In this document: piece after piece, positions 27,543 to 36,955 of the stretch
Layout: each line of letters starts with the position of its first letter
Numbering within the stretch: the stretch's first letter is position 1
Source of the DNA: a virus
Taxonomy: Duplodnaviria > Caudoviricetes
IMG/VR virus record: IMGVR_UViG_2597490325_000001
Coordinates: 96,001-160,000 of that record
Reading direction: 5' to 3' (one strand)
DNA length: 64,000 nt
Notes under the pieces: model-generated
Told to the model about the DNA's origin: nothing
Seen by the model: the letters and a program-made list of their open reading frames with translations, nothing else
The model's database searches: none
Made by a program: the position numbers and the translations under genes

Positions 27543-28475
27543 ATGCGTAGGAAAATTGATTTACCTTTCATTAAAGCTTTTATTAGCGATAAAAAACCTG
27601 ATTACGAATATATATCAGGAAAAGTAGAAAATCAAAAATCATTTATTATGATTAGACATAAACCATGTGGTCATGAATATGAAACACAAATTAAAGGGTT
27701 TATCTCTGAGAGAGAAGCAAATAAAGGCGAATGTAAGCTTTGTAATCCAGTTAAAACTTTCAAACGCACTTATAAATTATCTGAAAAAGATATCATTAAT
27801 CGTTTTAAAGAAGTAACTGGAGACGAGTATGTATACCAATCTGGATTTATTAATTCAAAATCTAAGATGCTAATTTTACATACGAAATGCAATACTACAT
27901 TTAATGTAACATCGCATATGTTTTTCGGCACTAAACAGACTCGATGCCCTAATTGCGCTAATCAAAAGAGAAAATCTCATCAATCGATAAATAGAGTTGA
28001 CAATTATCTAGAAAAACTTCTTGTAGATAATCTTTTAGATAAAGACTATTATTGGTTGGAGGAGTATACGAGTGATAATAAATACAAACATCTGATATTC
28101 CATAAAGTTTGTGGGGAAAGATCTCTCATTAGACCTAATGATATTCAACAAGGTTATTTACCTTGTACTTGTGAAGGTAGTAAATACGAAGTTAGATTTA
28201 AAAATCTACTTATTAAGTATAAAATACCTTTTGTAAGAGAATTCAAGTTAGGTAATTCAATGCGAGTAGATTTTGTAGTTCAATGTAAATCTTCTAAAAT
28301 CTTTATTGAAATTGATGGCGAATTTCATGGTCTTCCAGAAAAGAAACCGGTAGATAAGCGTAAAGAAGATTTAATTAAAGAACTATTCCCAAATGATTAC
28401 TTCTTTAGAGTAAATTATAATGATGATTTTGAAAATATCGTTAAAGAAATAAAGTTTAATTTAGATGAAATATAA
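27543..28475 (+). CDS. Intron-encoded homing endonuclease (zinc fingers + PD-(D/E)xK/Vsr-like)
   Basis: H..CG.....C..C repeats; RVDF....IFIEIDGEFH. Confidence 0.8.
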   Translation: MRRKIDLPFIKAFISDKKPDYEYISGKVENQKSFIMIRHKPCGHEYETQIKGFISEREANKGECKLCNPVKTFKRTYKLSEKDIINRFKEVTGDEYVYQSGFINSKSKMLILHTKCNTTFNVTSHMFFGTKQTRCPNCANQKRKSHQSINRVDNYLEKLLVDNLLDKDYYWLEEYTSDNKYKHLIFHKVCGERSLIRPNDIQQGYLPCTCEGSKYEVRFKNLLIKYKIPFVREFKLGNSMRVDFVVQCKSSKIFIEIDGEFHGLPEKKPVDKRKEDLIKELFPNDYFFRVNYNDDFENIVKEIKFNLDEI

Positions 28476-28849
28476 ATTATATTGCCATCTTTAAACTCCT
28501 TTAATTGCTGGAACACCCTTAGAGCCATATAAACTACAACATAATCTGAAAAGATAAGTGTGAATGTTTAAAAATTATATGGATTGGGAAATCAGCAGCG
28601 AAGCTTATACTATTAAACAACTTATAAAGGATTATAAGTGGTATAAGTGTGTTCAACGACTATCGAAAGTATCTATACATTGTATAGAGTAAATGAGTAG
28701 AGTAGTGCCAAGTGGTAGGTATCATAATGACAATAGTTATGAATAATTCCTTTAAAGCGAAATGGGGAGCAATGGATTGAAGATATAGTCTGGGCTATAT
28801 GGAAACATATAGAAGGTTCTATTTGACGAATAGAATCGTAACATAACTG

Positions 28850-29008
28850 GATACATTCCGATTAATTGGTCTTTTCTCTGATGAGGCTAATAGAGAAGCT
28901 GAACGTATTATGGATGCACCTATGAACTTTGTAGATACTTCCGGCTCATTAATTCGTAACATTGACCGTGAATCTGGTATCAGTTTGTATATGATGACTA
29001 GAGACTAA
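28850..29008 (+). CDS. RNA polymerase beta'-like subunit, exon 2 (not in ORF track)
   Basis: DTFRLIGLFSDEANREAERIM...MMTRD*, 52 aa; resembles the beta' DQMAVHVPL..EA..EA..LM segment. Confidence 0.9.
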   Translation, partial: DTFRLIGLFSDEANREAERIMDAPMNFVDTSGSLIRNIDRESGISLYMMTRD

Positions 29009-29015
29009 AACTAAA

Positions 29016-29043
29016 CCTATATCCTTCTTTTGAGGGATATAGG
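29016..29043 (+). terminator. Conserved intergenic hairpin (family copy)
   Basis: CCTATATCCTTC-TTTT-GAGGGATATAGG; identical to 58249 copy. Confidence 0.8.
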
Positions 29044-29062
29044 GTTTAATTTTGTTTTAAAG

Positions 29063-29078
29063 ATATATTATAATAATG
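29063..29078 (+). promoter_or_regulatory. Early-type promoter motif
   Basis: ATATATTAT-AATAAT-G. Confidence 0.65.
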
Positions 29079-29090
29079 ATAACTTAAGAG

Positions 29091-29465
29091 GTGATTATGA
29101 ATATTATACAAATTAAAGAGAACGAATTTAACGTTGATATCCCTCTCACAAATTTGAGCTTTATAGAAGTTTGTTGGGATTTTATTTTAACTAGCTTAAA
29201 TATTGAAGAACTTTATAAGATTATAGATGATGGTAGAGATATGGCTGCGCTGGATGTAACTTATGATTGGCGGCACCAAGTAAAATCTATGATATCTGAA
29301 GTATCTTGCAACTATCATCCATATGCGCAATTAACTTATTACCTTCCCGTACTAGTTGATAAAAATGCCCCTATTTCATACAGACAAGATATGGCATGTA
29401 GAGTAACTATTATCCGAAGTAGATATTATGGATTCAAAAGCTTAAGGAAGATATTTGAATGCTAA
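29091..29465 (+). CDS. Hypothetical protein
   Basis: 124 aa; likely start ATG 29097 after GAGGTG. Confidence 0.65.
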   Translation: MIMNIIQIKENEFNVDIPLTNLSFIEVCWDFILTSLNIEELYKIIDDGRDMAALDVTYDWRHQVKSMISEVSCNYHPYAQLTYYLPVLVDKNAPISYRQDMACRVTIIRSRYYGFKSLRKIFEC

Positions 29466-29848
29466 GAATACAAATAGACCCATTTGATCTTGAAGAAATA
29501 AAAGAAAGATTTAAAAAGAGAACTATAATAACTGAAATAACTTTACGATCCCGATTTGATATGATTGAAGACTATTTACAATTCTATACTATTAGACAAT
29601 TAGATGTAATACTTTCTAAATATATTATCGACGATACAGAGGTTCAAGCCTTTCTAGTATTAAATATTCATGATACTAGAGAAAATTATATAGTGAATGG
29701 TACACGAAATATTTTCGATGGTTATTTAACAATTAAAGGTCTAGGTATAAAAGAAGAACGTCTTTTAAAATTCACTCTAGATGGATTTGACTATCATATT
29801 TTTATATTTAAAAACTTTGTTAAAGGTTTTATAGGTGCAGCTATATGA
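29459..29848 (+). CDS. Hypothetical protein
   Basis: 129 aa, coupled to neighbours. Confidence 0.65.
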   Translation: MLRIQIDPFDLEEIKERFKKRTIITEITLRSRFDMIEDYLQFYTIRQLDVILSKYIIDDTEVQAFLVLNIHDTRENYIVNGTRNIFDGYLTIKGLGIKEERLLKFTLDGFDYHIFIFKNFVKGFIGAAI

Positions 29849-30165
29849 AAATTAATTCTTTCTTAACTTCCACTGAAGATTACATAGTAGGGTTTTTTAG
29901 TATAGAATGTTTCTTTAGGAACTTATCGGTAGCTATTTCCATTATTAATGGTGATGTAATAATGGGAAGACAGGAATTAATGGCTTTAGGTAGAGCAATT
30001 AATAAGAAACGCTTTATGTACTTTAGAAAAGAAGTTAAAAATTCTTTATTCGTCTTAGATAAAAAGAATCGTATGGAATTGCTTAGTATGAGTCTATCTT
30101 CCAAACCAAGGTATAAATTCGATACATATAACATAGTTAGTATAAGTTTTAAGAATGGTATTTAG
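29845..30165 (+). CDS. Hypothetical protein
   Basis: 106 aa, ATGA overlap. Confidence 0.6.
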   Translation: MKINSFLTSTEDYIVGFFSIECFFRNLSVAISIINGDVIMGRQELMALGRAINKKRFMYFRKEVKNSLFVLDKKNRMELLSMSLSSKPRYKFDTYNIVSISFKNGI

Positions 30166-30517
30166 CTATATGAAGATAAATAAATTAAATATAAGAGAGT
30201 TAAGCAATCAGATAAATATTAATATTGCTGGTAGTGTAAGTCATGATAGGTTTTTTGATATAACCTACAGAGGTATAAAAGGTTTCCTATTAATGAATAT
30301 AGGAAAAAAGATAGCATTTTGTGAGATGAATGTATTTTTTGCCCATTATTCATATAATACTATTCAGTCCAATAAACAAACTAGATGGTATGAATTAAAT
30401 ATAAGAGATCGTTTCCAACGTGCAGCAATCAATCATTTTGAAGGTGTGAATATAGAACGATATGAAGAACCTTTATTTATAAAAACTTATTATAAATATA
30501 AGGAAAGAATAATATGA
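30155..30517 (+). CDS. Hypothetical protein
   Basis: 120 aa (start possibly 30170). Confidence 0.6.
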   Translation: MVFSYMKINKLNIRELSNQININIAGSVSHDRFFDITYRGIKGFLLMNIGKKIAFCEMNVFFAHYSYNTIQSNKQTRWYELNIRDRFQRAAINHFEGVNIERYEEPLFIKTYYKYKERII

Positions 30518-30885
30518 AAATCTTTAAGAATCCTTATGATCTGCGTAAAGATACTTTATCGGTATTTAATGACTTTGATGTAGCCACAACTAGATTATTT
30601 CTTTTCCATATGAAATTAATCACTTTAATTCGCTGTCAATATCATAAAGAACCATATCCACCTGATGAAAGGATAGATGTAGATGAACTATATGATATAA
30701 GTATAAATGATGATAGTATAGCTATGGCTATATTTCCTTCTACAAATAAAAAATTGTACGAAAGGAGTAAAGAATCTACTGGTGATAAGCTATTCCAACT
30801 TTATAATTTATTTCATTTAAATTATGAATCATCTATACTAGTTTTTGGTAGTTGTAGAGGTAATAACTATTCATATTTATTATAA
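30514..30885 (+). CDS. Hypothetical protein
   Basis: 123 aa, ATGA overlap. Confidence 0.65.
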   Translation: MKIFKNPYDLRKDTLSVFNDFDVATTRLFLFHMKLITLIRCQYHKEPYPPDERIDVDELYDISINDDSIAMAIFPSTNKKLYERSKESTGDKLFQLYNLFHLNYESSILVFGSCRGNNYSYLL

Positions 30886-30894
30886 GGAAAAATA

Positions 30895-31506
30895 ATGAGT
30901 GAACTTATTGTAAAACGTCAATTACAGCATAATCGATATGGTGCCGCCGACTGGCATATTGGTCATAAGAAGATATGGAAGCCTAGAGGTTTCAATTCTT
31001 TAGAAGAGCATGATATGGGTGTACTTCTTCCAGTATTTATGGAACTAGAAAGTAAAGATACTATGATTGTAGCAGGGGATGTATTCTTTGGTTCTCCTGA
31101 AGAATTTGCTGAAACTTTAAGAAAAGCTTTAGCACTTTCTATGAAGCTAAAGTTTAATGCTAAACGAATCAGACCTGATGAACGGCCCACTTTTAATATT
31201 AAAGTGGTTAATGGTAATCATGACTCTAATGCGAAATTAGAGTATCTGAAACAAGAACGTTGGATTACTTCTTATCAGATGCATATGGAAGAATATATTC
31301 ATGGTCATCCAGTGGTTATTTCTCATTTTCCAGTTCATCCTATTTGCCTTGATAGGTGGCATGCAAATGGTCATGGTCACATTCATTCAGATTTCTGTAA
31401 AGATCCTTTAGATGAAACTAAAGAAGATCCAAGATATCGTTGCATGTCATGGGAACGTTATAGAAAACCTATGAAACTTACTGATATCTTTGCTCATTTA
31501 GCGTAA
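30895..31506 (+). CDS. Calcineurin-like metallophosphoesterase
   Basis: DWH, GD, GNHD, SH.P, HGHIH motifs. Confidence 0.88.
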   Translation: MSELIVKRQLQHNRYGAADWHIGHKKIWKPRGFNSLEEHDMGVLLPVFMELESKDTMIVAGDVFFGSPEEFAETLRKALALSMKLKFNAKRIRPDERPTFNIKVVNGNHDSNAKLEYLKQERWITSYQMHMEEYIHGHPVVISHFPVHPICLDRWHANGHGHIHSDFCKDPLDETKEDPRYRCMSWERYRKPMKLTDIFAHLA

Positions 31507-31523
31507 TTAGTCACCTCTTATTG

Positions 31524-31539
31524 ATATATTATTTTAATG
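31524..31539 (+). promoter_or_regulatory. Early-type promoter motif
   Basis: ATATATTAT-TTTAAT-G. Confidence 0.65.
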
Positions 31540-31607
31540 AATAGTCGGATGTAAAGTCCTAGTATGTACTATATAATTCAATAATAATTTGATAAAGGAA
31601 TTTTAAA

Positions 31608-31694
31608 ATGGCTACTAAAAAATTAGGCGTTAAACGTTGGGAACTTATTGCTGTATCAGTTATTCTGTTCGCATCAATGTTTATGTGTAACTAA
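31608..31694 (+). CDS. 28-aa single-TM micropeptide (not in ORF track)
   Basis: MATKKLGVKRWELIAVSVILFASMFMCN; AAAGGA RBS; followed by hairpin+T run at about 31702-31730. Confidence 0.6.
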   Translation: MATKKLGVKRWELIAVSVILFASMFMCN

Positions 31695-31796
31695 TTCATA
31701 AGAAAGAGCATCTAACAATGCTCTTTTTTTGATTGTGGAACATAGAAAAAAGTAAAAACTTTCATTAAACAAACATGTATTTGATAAGGAATTGAA

Positions 31797-31976
31797 ATGT
31801 CTGATAAAGAATCTAAACCATCTGAAGAACAACTTCGTAAAGAATTTGAAGAGCATATGAAAGATATGTTCCCTAGTGTTGGTTTGGAAATGCAGGAGAA
31901 TACTAATTACTATTATTCAACTGCTGCCAATGTCGGTTGGGCGTTTTATCGTAATATGCGTCTCGGTTCTCTTTAA
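31797..31976 (+). CDS. 59-aa hypothetical protein (not in ORF track)
   Basis: MSDKESKPSEEQLRKEFEE...GWAFYRNMRLGSL; TAAGGA RBS. Confidence 0.7.
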   Translation: MSDKESKPSEEQLRKEFEEHMKDMFPSVGLEMQENTNYYYSTAANVGWAFYRNMRLGSL

Positions 31977-32017
31977 TATTTCCCTTTCTACTAATAAACA
32001 AATGGAGTAATACTCAT

Positions 32018-33202
32018 ATGACCGCAACTGCCGTAATTTCTAATGCTTCTTCAAATGCTGTTAAATACCTTGAGCAAGGTCTTCAGAATTTGAAGAATGC
32101 GGCGATTGTAGTAAATAAAGATACTACTTTAGAAGCATCTACTAGTGCTTTGGTATCTAAAGTAGCTGAGTATGATCAAAACAATGCGATTACTATTTCT
32201 CGTATTCTGAGCTATAGCTCTACTTTCAACGAAATGATTCGTACTCAACTAAGTAATATGGATGTAGCTAACCGTTACAATCAGATTACTTCTCTGTTTG
32301 ATAGTATCCGTGAAGATACTAAAAAACAAGTAGTTTTGGCTGAATCCGGCAAGGTATCCATCTTTGATAAACTCGGTTTATGGTTTGGTGATTTCCGCCG
32401 TGGCTCAGTAGCGAAACGTTTCGGCAATATTAAGCGTATTTATTCCGATGTTTCTTCAGCTCTCAAAGATCAACTTGACCGTGAGCAAGTAATCCTGGAT
32501 AGCTATCAATCTTTCCGTCTTTCAATGAAAGAAGCCGAATTAGCGGCATATGAGATCTTTCAAACAATCAGCGCTAAGCGTGAAGAAGCTAAACAACTGA
32601 TGGACACTGCAGATAATGCAGTAAATGCATCAACTGATGATGGTGCTGAAAAAGCATCATTGGTATTAGCCCGTGATAAAGCAGTCATGGATTACAAAAA
32701 GCTGGATAAAGACTATCAGATTGCTAAAGATCTGGCAGAAAATCTTAAAGTCGGCTATAATACATCTGAAGTAGTATTTGCCCGTATTGAGCAAGCTTCC
32801 GATGTTAAAGAGCGCATCTTCCAGCAATCTGTAATGTTCTTCTCCACCAATGAGACTGTATTTACTGGTCTTACTTCCGCATTTGTAGTATTTAGTGGCC
32901 TGAATGAAGGTACAAATACTCTGAATGCTATGAAAGATGGTATGAATAAGGGTCTGGAAGATTTGGCTACTGTCGGTAATACTTCTTTAGAGCGTGGTAT
33001 TCAAGCTGGTTATGGCGCTACTATCGATGCTAAATCAGTTAAAATGCTCCTGGATGCAGTAGTAGATTATCAGGCTAATTCAGTTAAACTGATTAATGAA
33101 GCTCGTAAGTCTGCTACTGAGAATGCTAATGAGATTGAACGCCTTACCAATGAAGGTAAATCCCGTTTCATTGAGCTGTCTAATCAGGTAGCAACTGCTT
33201 AA
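32018..33202 (+). CDS. TelA-like (toxic anion resistance-like) helical protein
   Basis: 394 aa all-helical; YQIAKDL..NL...YNTSEVV.AR, FFSTNETV, AGYG.T match a bacterial family I recall annotated 'cell surface protein'. Confidence 0.6.
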   Translation: MTATAVISNASSNAVKYLEQGLQNLKNAAIVVNKDTTLEASTSALVSKVAEYDQNNAITISRILSYSSTFNEMIRTQLSNMDVANRYNQITSLFDSIREDTKKQVVLAESGKVSIFDKLGLWFGDFRRGSVAKRFGNIKRIYSDVSSALKDQLDREQVILDSYQSFRLSMKEAELAAYEIFQTISAKREEAKQLMDTADNAVNASTDDGAEKASLVLARDKAVMDYKKLDKDYQIAKDLAENLKVGYNTSEVVFARIEQASDVKERIFQQSVMFFSTNETVFTGLTSAFVVFSGLNEGTNTLNAMKDGMNKGLEDLATVGNTSLERGIQAGYGATIDAKSVKMLLDAVVDYQANSVKLINEARKSATENANEIERLTNEGKSRFIELSNQVATA

Positions 33203-33260
33203 GACTGTAAAGGGGATGAAGTATCCCCTTTATTTTTAATACTAATAATGGAGAAAAAGA

Positions 33261-34583
33261 ATGTCTAATCAGGCAGTCTTAGATGTAATCAATAAAATTG
33301 ATGCAGAAAGAAGTAAATACAAACCAACTATGGAAGAATTTCTGATTTCTTCTCAAAAGAATCAGGAAATCCGTACTCAGGTTATGAAATACTTCTCTCA
33401 AAACGGAATTGAGATTACTGATAAAGCGGTTGATAATGCGGTTAATGAATATCTATTTAAACGCTTCGACTATAAGGAAAGTAAAGTAGTTGGACTTCAG
33501 GACTTCATTAGTAAGTTCCTATTCTTCATGCTTGCGGCTAAAGAAAAACAGCGTCAGATCATCATTACTTTGTCAGCTATCATGATTGCAATTGTAATTG
33601 CTATTACTGGCAGTGTAATGATAAGTAATCATAAAGCTAAGCAAAACGAGGAAGCTTATGCTTTGATTCAATCTGACTCAGTCAATTTTGTAAAACGCAT
33701 TAAAGATATGCGTGTATACACTAATGGGTTATTCATCACACTTGCCGATAAGCTTGATGAGTTAGATCATCGAGTTAAGTCAGTAAATGAACTTACTAAA
33801 CCTGAAATTAAAGATAGTAAAGATTTCTATACCGCCAATTACCAACCTCTTAACGAGAAGATTTCTCATGTTGAACAAACTGTAGAAAGCTTTAAACGCT
33901 ATGGTACAGTAATTAATGGTAGCGATTATAAGAAGCTTCAAGATAATCCTACGGTCATTGAAGCTAACGATAAAGCCTTGACTAGTATTCGTACATTTGC
34001 ATCTGATGCAAATTCTCAAGTAACTAATCTTGCAAAAGTTATTGACCGAGTATTAGTTTCTTATCAACTGGTAGCTCAGTTTGATTCAATTAAAGCACGT
34101 TATTCAGTTATGTTGAATGATCCTGCTGCAAAAGAATTCACTGAATCATCTTTGGCAACGATTAAGACTTATGCTGAAGCTGGTGATAAATCCAGTATGC
34201 AGAGTGCAGTAGATAGGCTTAACAGCTATTACACTTTATTCAAATCTCCTGCTAAAATGGAAATCTATGTAGGTAACGATAACAAATCAGGTGTAGAACG
34301 TACATTTGATAGCAGTGGTAGTAAAAAATGGTATCTGATAGTTCAGGTTAAAGGTTATGATAACCACGTCATGAGCTATCCAGTCCTTGATCAAGAATCT
34401 GGTAAAGTAGTAAATGCTAAGATTTTTGGCATTGAAGTACCAAGAGCCGTTTATCAGAAAGTTGGTTCTGAGAAGAAATCAACTGGTATGATCAAACAAC
34501 GTATCGTAGCTACTAAAGATGCAAATACCATGCAGTTCAATAATAAAATTTCTGCAAACGACGGCTTTATTACTAATTGGTAA
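33261..34583 (+). CDS. DUF6384-like membrane-anchored protein
   Basis: N-terminal YF...GIEI.D..V..AV..Y...RF.Y, one TM helix, C-terminal GVER...WYLIV....E.G......FGIEV...VY......K...G.I. Confidence 0.6.
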   Translation: MSNQAVLDVINKIDAERSKYKPTMEEFLISSQKNQEIRTQVMKYFSQNGIEITDKAVDNAVNEYLFKRFDYKESKVVGLQDFISKFLFFMLAAKEKQRQIIITLSAIMIAIVIAITGSVMISNHKAKQNEEAYALIQSDSVNFVKRIKDMRVYTNGLFITLADKLDELDHRVKSVNELTKPEIKDSKDFYTANYQPLNEKISHVEQTVESFKRYGTVINGSDYKKLQDNPTVIEANDKALTSIRTFASDANSQVTNLAKVIDRVLVSYQLVAQFDSIKARYSVMLNDPAAKEFTESSLATIKTYAEAGDKSSMQSAVDRLNSYYTLFKSPAKMEIYVGNDNKSGVERTFDSSGSKKWYLIVQVKGYDNHVMSYPVLDQESGKVVNAKIFGIEVPRAVYQKVGSEKKSTGMIKQRIVATKDANTMQFNNKISANDGFITNW

Positions 34584-34586
34584 GGA

Positions 34587-35849
34587 ATGAAAATAATGAG
34601 AATTCGTAACGACCGTGAAGCTCGTAATTATCTTAAGGGCTTGATTGATCAAACAGAAGCACTGATCAGAGAGAACCATGATGCATATCGGAAATTAGAA
34701 CAAAAAAAGACGAATATTAATGGTGAAATATCATCAGAAATTCGTAAAGTTGTTTCTGATTTTTTCAATAAAGGTGTTACACATTCGTCTCAGAGTGTAA
34801 TGACTATTCTTAATCGCCATAAAACACATGCTGAACTGATTAAATCTGATGCGGATAAAGCTTCTTTATCTTTAGCAACAACAAAAGCTCAACGTGAGGA
34901 AACTGCCGTTAAGCTTATTAATGAAAAACAGCGTGTAGCCAATGAAATCAGTTGTGATGATAAAATTGCTAAATTAGCTATCAGCATCCAAACTGTTAGT
35001 ACACTTAACAAAGAAATTGATCGCCGTATTTATATCTATGATAAAAATACTATCTTCAATACCCTTTCCAGATATCATAAAATGGGATATCATGATGTAG
35101 ATAAATATCCTATCATTGGTCGCTGTTTTGGTTTATTGAGTAAATGGTTCCATTTTGACGAGAACTTCTCTACTTATAAAACCATTTCAGAAATTAATGA
35201 TCAGGTAGATAGTACTGAAGCTTCTCTGGCTAAAGATATTGAAAGACGTACAAGATCTTTTGAAACTAATAGTGAAATTGATAACTTAACTTTTACTATT
35301 AGTGAACTGGATTCAAAAATCGACTCACTACGTTCTACTGCAAGTCGGTCTTACAATCCAGAGAGTGAAGCTTATAAAGAACTGTATGATGTATTTATGA
35401 GTCGTGCTGGTTGCTTTATTTCCAATTCTCTAAAAGATTTACTTTACAAGTATAACGAAGTAAGAAAAGAACTGGAAGTACTTTCTAGTGAAGCTTCCAA
35501 AATCCGTCAGCGTCATGAATCAGTACAGAAGACATATCGTACTGTAAATGGTCGCAGCAATAGCTATAATCGGGTAGTGGAAGTAAATGACATTAGTAAT
35601 ACTGTCATTACTTTAGCTTTACTTGATTCTTTGAGTAATTCTATCAATAGTATGAGCAGCTATTCTAATAGCGCTTACCGTGCAGCGGAAGAGGCTGCTG
35701 CTGAAGAAGCTCGTCGTAGTTCATATAGTTCTTCAAGCAGTTCTTCAAGTAGCTGGAGTTCTTCTTCCTCTTCATCATCTTCAAGTAGTTTTTCTTCATC
35801 TGATAGTTTTGGTGGTGGAGGTGGATTCTCATCTTCAGATAGCTTCTAA
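34587..35849 (+). CDS. Coiled-coil protein with Ser/Gly-rich tail
   Basis: 420 aa; ends SSSSSSSFSSSDSFGGGGGFSSSDSF. Confidence 0.75.
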   Translation: MKIMRIRNDREARNYLKGLIDQTEALIRENHDAYRKLEQKKTNINGEISSEIRKVVSDFFNKGVTHSSQSVMTILNRHKTHAELIKSDADKASLSLATTKAQREETAVKLINEKQRVANEISCDDKIAKLAISIQTVSTLNKEIDRRIYIYDKNTIFNTLSRYHKMGYHDVDKYPIIGRCFGLLSKWFHFDENFSTYKTISEINDQVDSTEASLAKDIERRTRSFETNSEIDNLTFTISELDSKIDSLRSTASRSYNPESEAYKELYDVFMSRAGCFISNSLKDLLYKYNEVRKELEVLSSEASKIRQRHESVQKTYRTVNGRSNSYNRVVEVNDISNTVITLALLDSLSNSINSMSSYSNSAYRAAEEAAAEEARRSSYSSSSSSSSSWSSSSSSSSSSSFSSSDSFGGGGGFSSSDSF

Positions 35850-35857
35850 ATAAATTT

Positions 35858-35885
35858 CCCCTATCCTTCTTTTGAGGGATAGGGG
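35858..35885 (+). terminator. Conserved intergenic hairpin (family copy)
   Basis: CCCCTATCCTTC-TTTT-GAGGGATAGGGG. Confidence 0.8.
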
Positions 35886-35911
35886 TTATTAACTTTTTAT
35901 AGGAAATTAAA

Positions 35912-36889
35912 ATGTTAGTATTTCGTAATAATTATGATAAAGAAGCAAATGAATTTCTTTTTAGGTCATCAGATAAATTCCTTAAAGAGTTAGGTATTAT
36001 TAATATTTCTAAAATTAATAGAGATTTAGATTGCTTAGTAGCGTTTAAGTTATTTTTTAATACTCCTACGCTAGCTAATATGTCATCTGTATTTACTACA
36101 GCTATCAATTTCTCTTATTTTACTAAATACTCTAAAAAATTTGCTTCGACTTACAATGTTGATAATAATTATCTTATTCGTTTTATACTTAAAAAATTTT
36201 TCTCAATAATTTTATTTTGTGAACTTCCAAATTACTCCAGATTACATAAAAGGTTATCCGGCAATAAAGAAAAAAGTTTGCGAGATCAATTCGATACAAC
36301 TTATGCTAATAGGTTAAGAAATACTTTAGAATGTAGCACATTCATTTATACCTTTTTTGAAGATGAATTTAAATTTGTTTTCAAAGAAGAAGAAGTACAA
36401 GTTATTGCCGCTAAGATGAATGAGTTAGAAAAGGTATTTTCCATCTTAAATGCCAATACTGCCAAAATTTATCAAAGTATTAAAAGTAAGAGTAAAGGTA
36501 TTCGTACTTTTAAAAATACAGGTTTAAATTTTCCGTTTGATAGATATACATTTTCAAGGAAAATAAAGAAACCTTATAAAGTTAAAGATACAGATTTAGT
36601 AAAAAATCCTGTATTGTGTAATTATAGCTATGATCCAGGAAGATCAATAACTGTATCTGTGGGGATAAGTGAAACTTTAATAGGGTTTGGTAATAAGCTC
36701 CATTATCAACCTGAAAAGATGGTAGAAGAGACTGGTGAATTGAATAAGTATATTTTCAATCAACAATTACCTGATGGAAATATGCAAGGTCGATATAATC
36801 TTTTTAAAGATGAAGATATCTTAGATATTCTGACTTATACTGCTACAAGGAAAGATAAAGTAAGAGTATTTATCTCTAAGTCTTATTAA
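35912..36889 (+). CDS. Hypothetical protein
   Basis: 325 aa, AGGA RBS. Confidence 0.7.
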   Translation: MLVFRNNYDKEANEFLFRSSDKFLKELGIINISKINRDLDCLVAFKLFFNTPTLANMSSVFTTAINFSYFTKYSKKFASTYNVDNNYLIRFILKKFFSIILFCELPNYSRLHKRLSGNKEKSLRDQFDTTYANRLRNTLECSTFIYTFFEDEFKFVFKEEEVQVIAAKMNELEKVFSILNANTAKIYQSIKSKSKGIRTFKNTGLNFPFDRYTFSRKIKKPYKVKDTDLVKNPVLCNYSYDPGRSITVSVGISETLIGFGNKLHYQPEKMVEETGELNKYIFNQQLPDGNMQGRYNLFKDEDILDILTYTATRKDKVRVFISKSY

Positions 36890-36903
36890 TACCATTTTGA
36901 TGA

Positions 36904-36919
36904 ATATATAATTAAAATG
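36904..36919 (+). promoter_or_regulatory. Early-type promoter motif
   Basis: ATATATAAT-TAAAAT-G. Confidence 0.6.
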
Positions 36920-36955
36920 ATCTTTCATAGGGAGTTTAAAAACTCCCTATAGTTT

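Larger units (their letters stand above)
27437..28849 (+). ncRNA. Group I intron (IA2-like, 1413 nt) with endonuclease ORF in the P1 loop
   Basis: Exon GATGGT pairs with GCCATC at 28484-28489; core AATTGCTGGAA, AATCAGCAG, GTTCAACGACTA, AAGATATAGTCT; terminal G 28849; splicing restores DFDGD. Confidence 0.93.

Noticed and set aside
27437-28849. Intein or frameshift explanation for the truncated DFDG motif
   Set aside because: In-frame stop, no intein terminal motifs, and a complete group I core is present
31674-31856. Minus-strand 60-aa ORF in the track
   Set aside because: Overlaps two better-supported plus-strand micro-ORFs with RBSs
35715-35849. TCT/TCA/AGT-rich low-complexity tract
   Set aside because: Encodes a poly-Ser tail with mixed codons; not an independent tandem repeat
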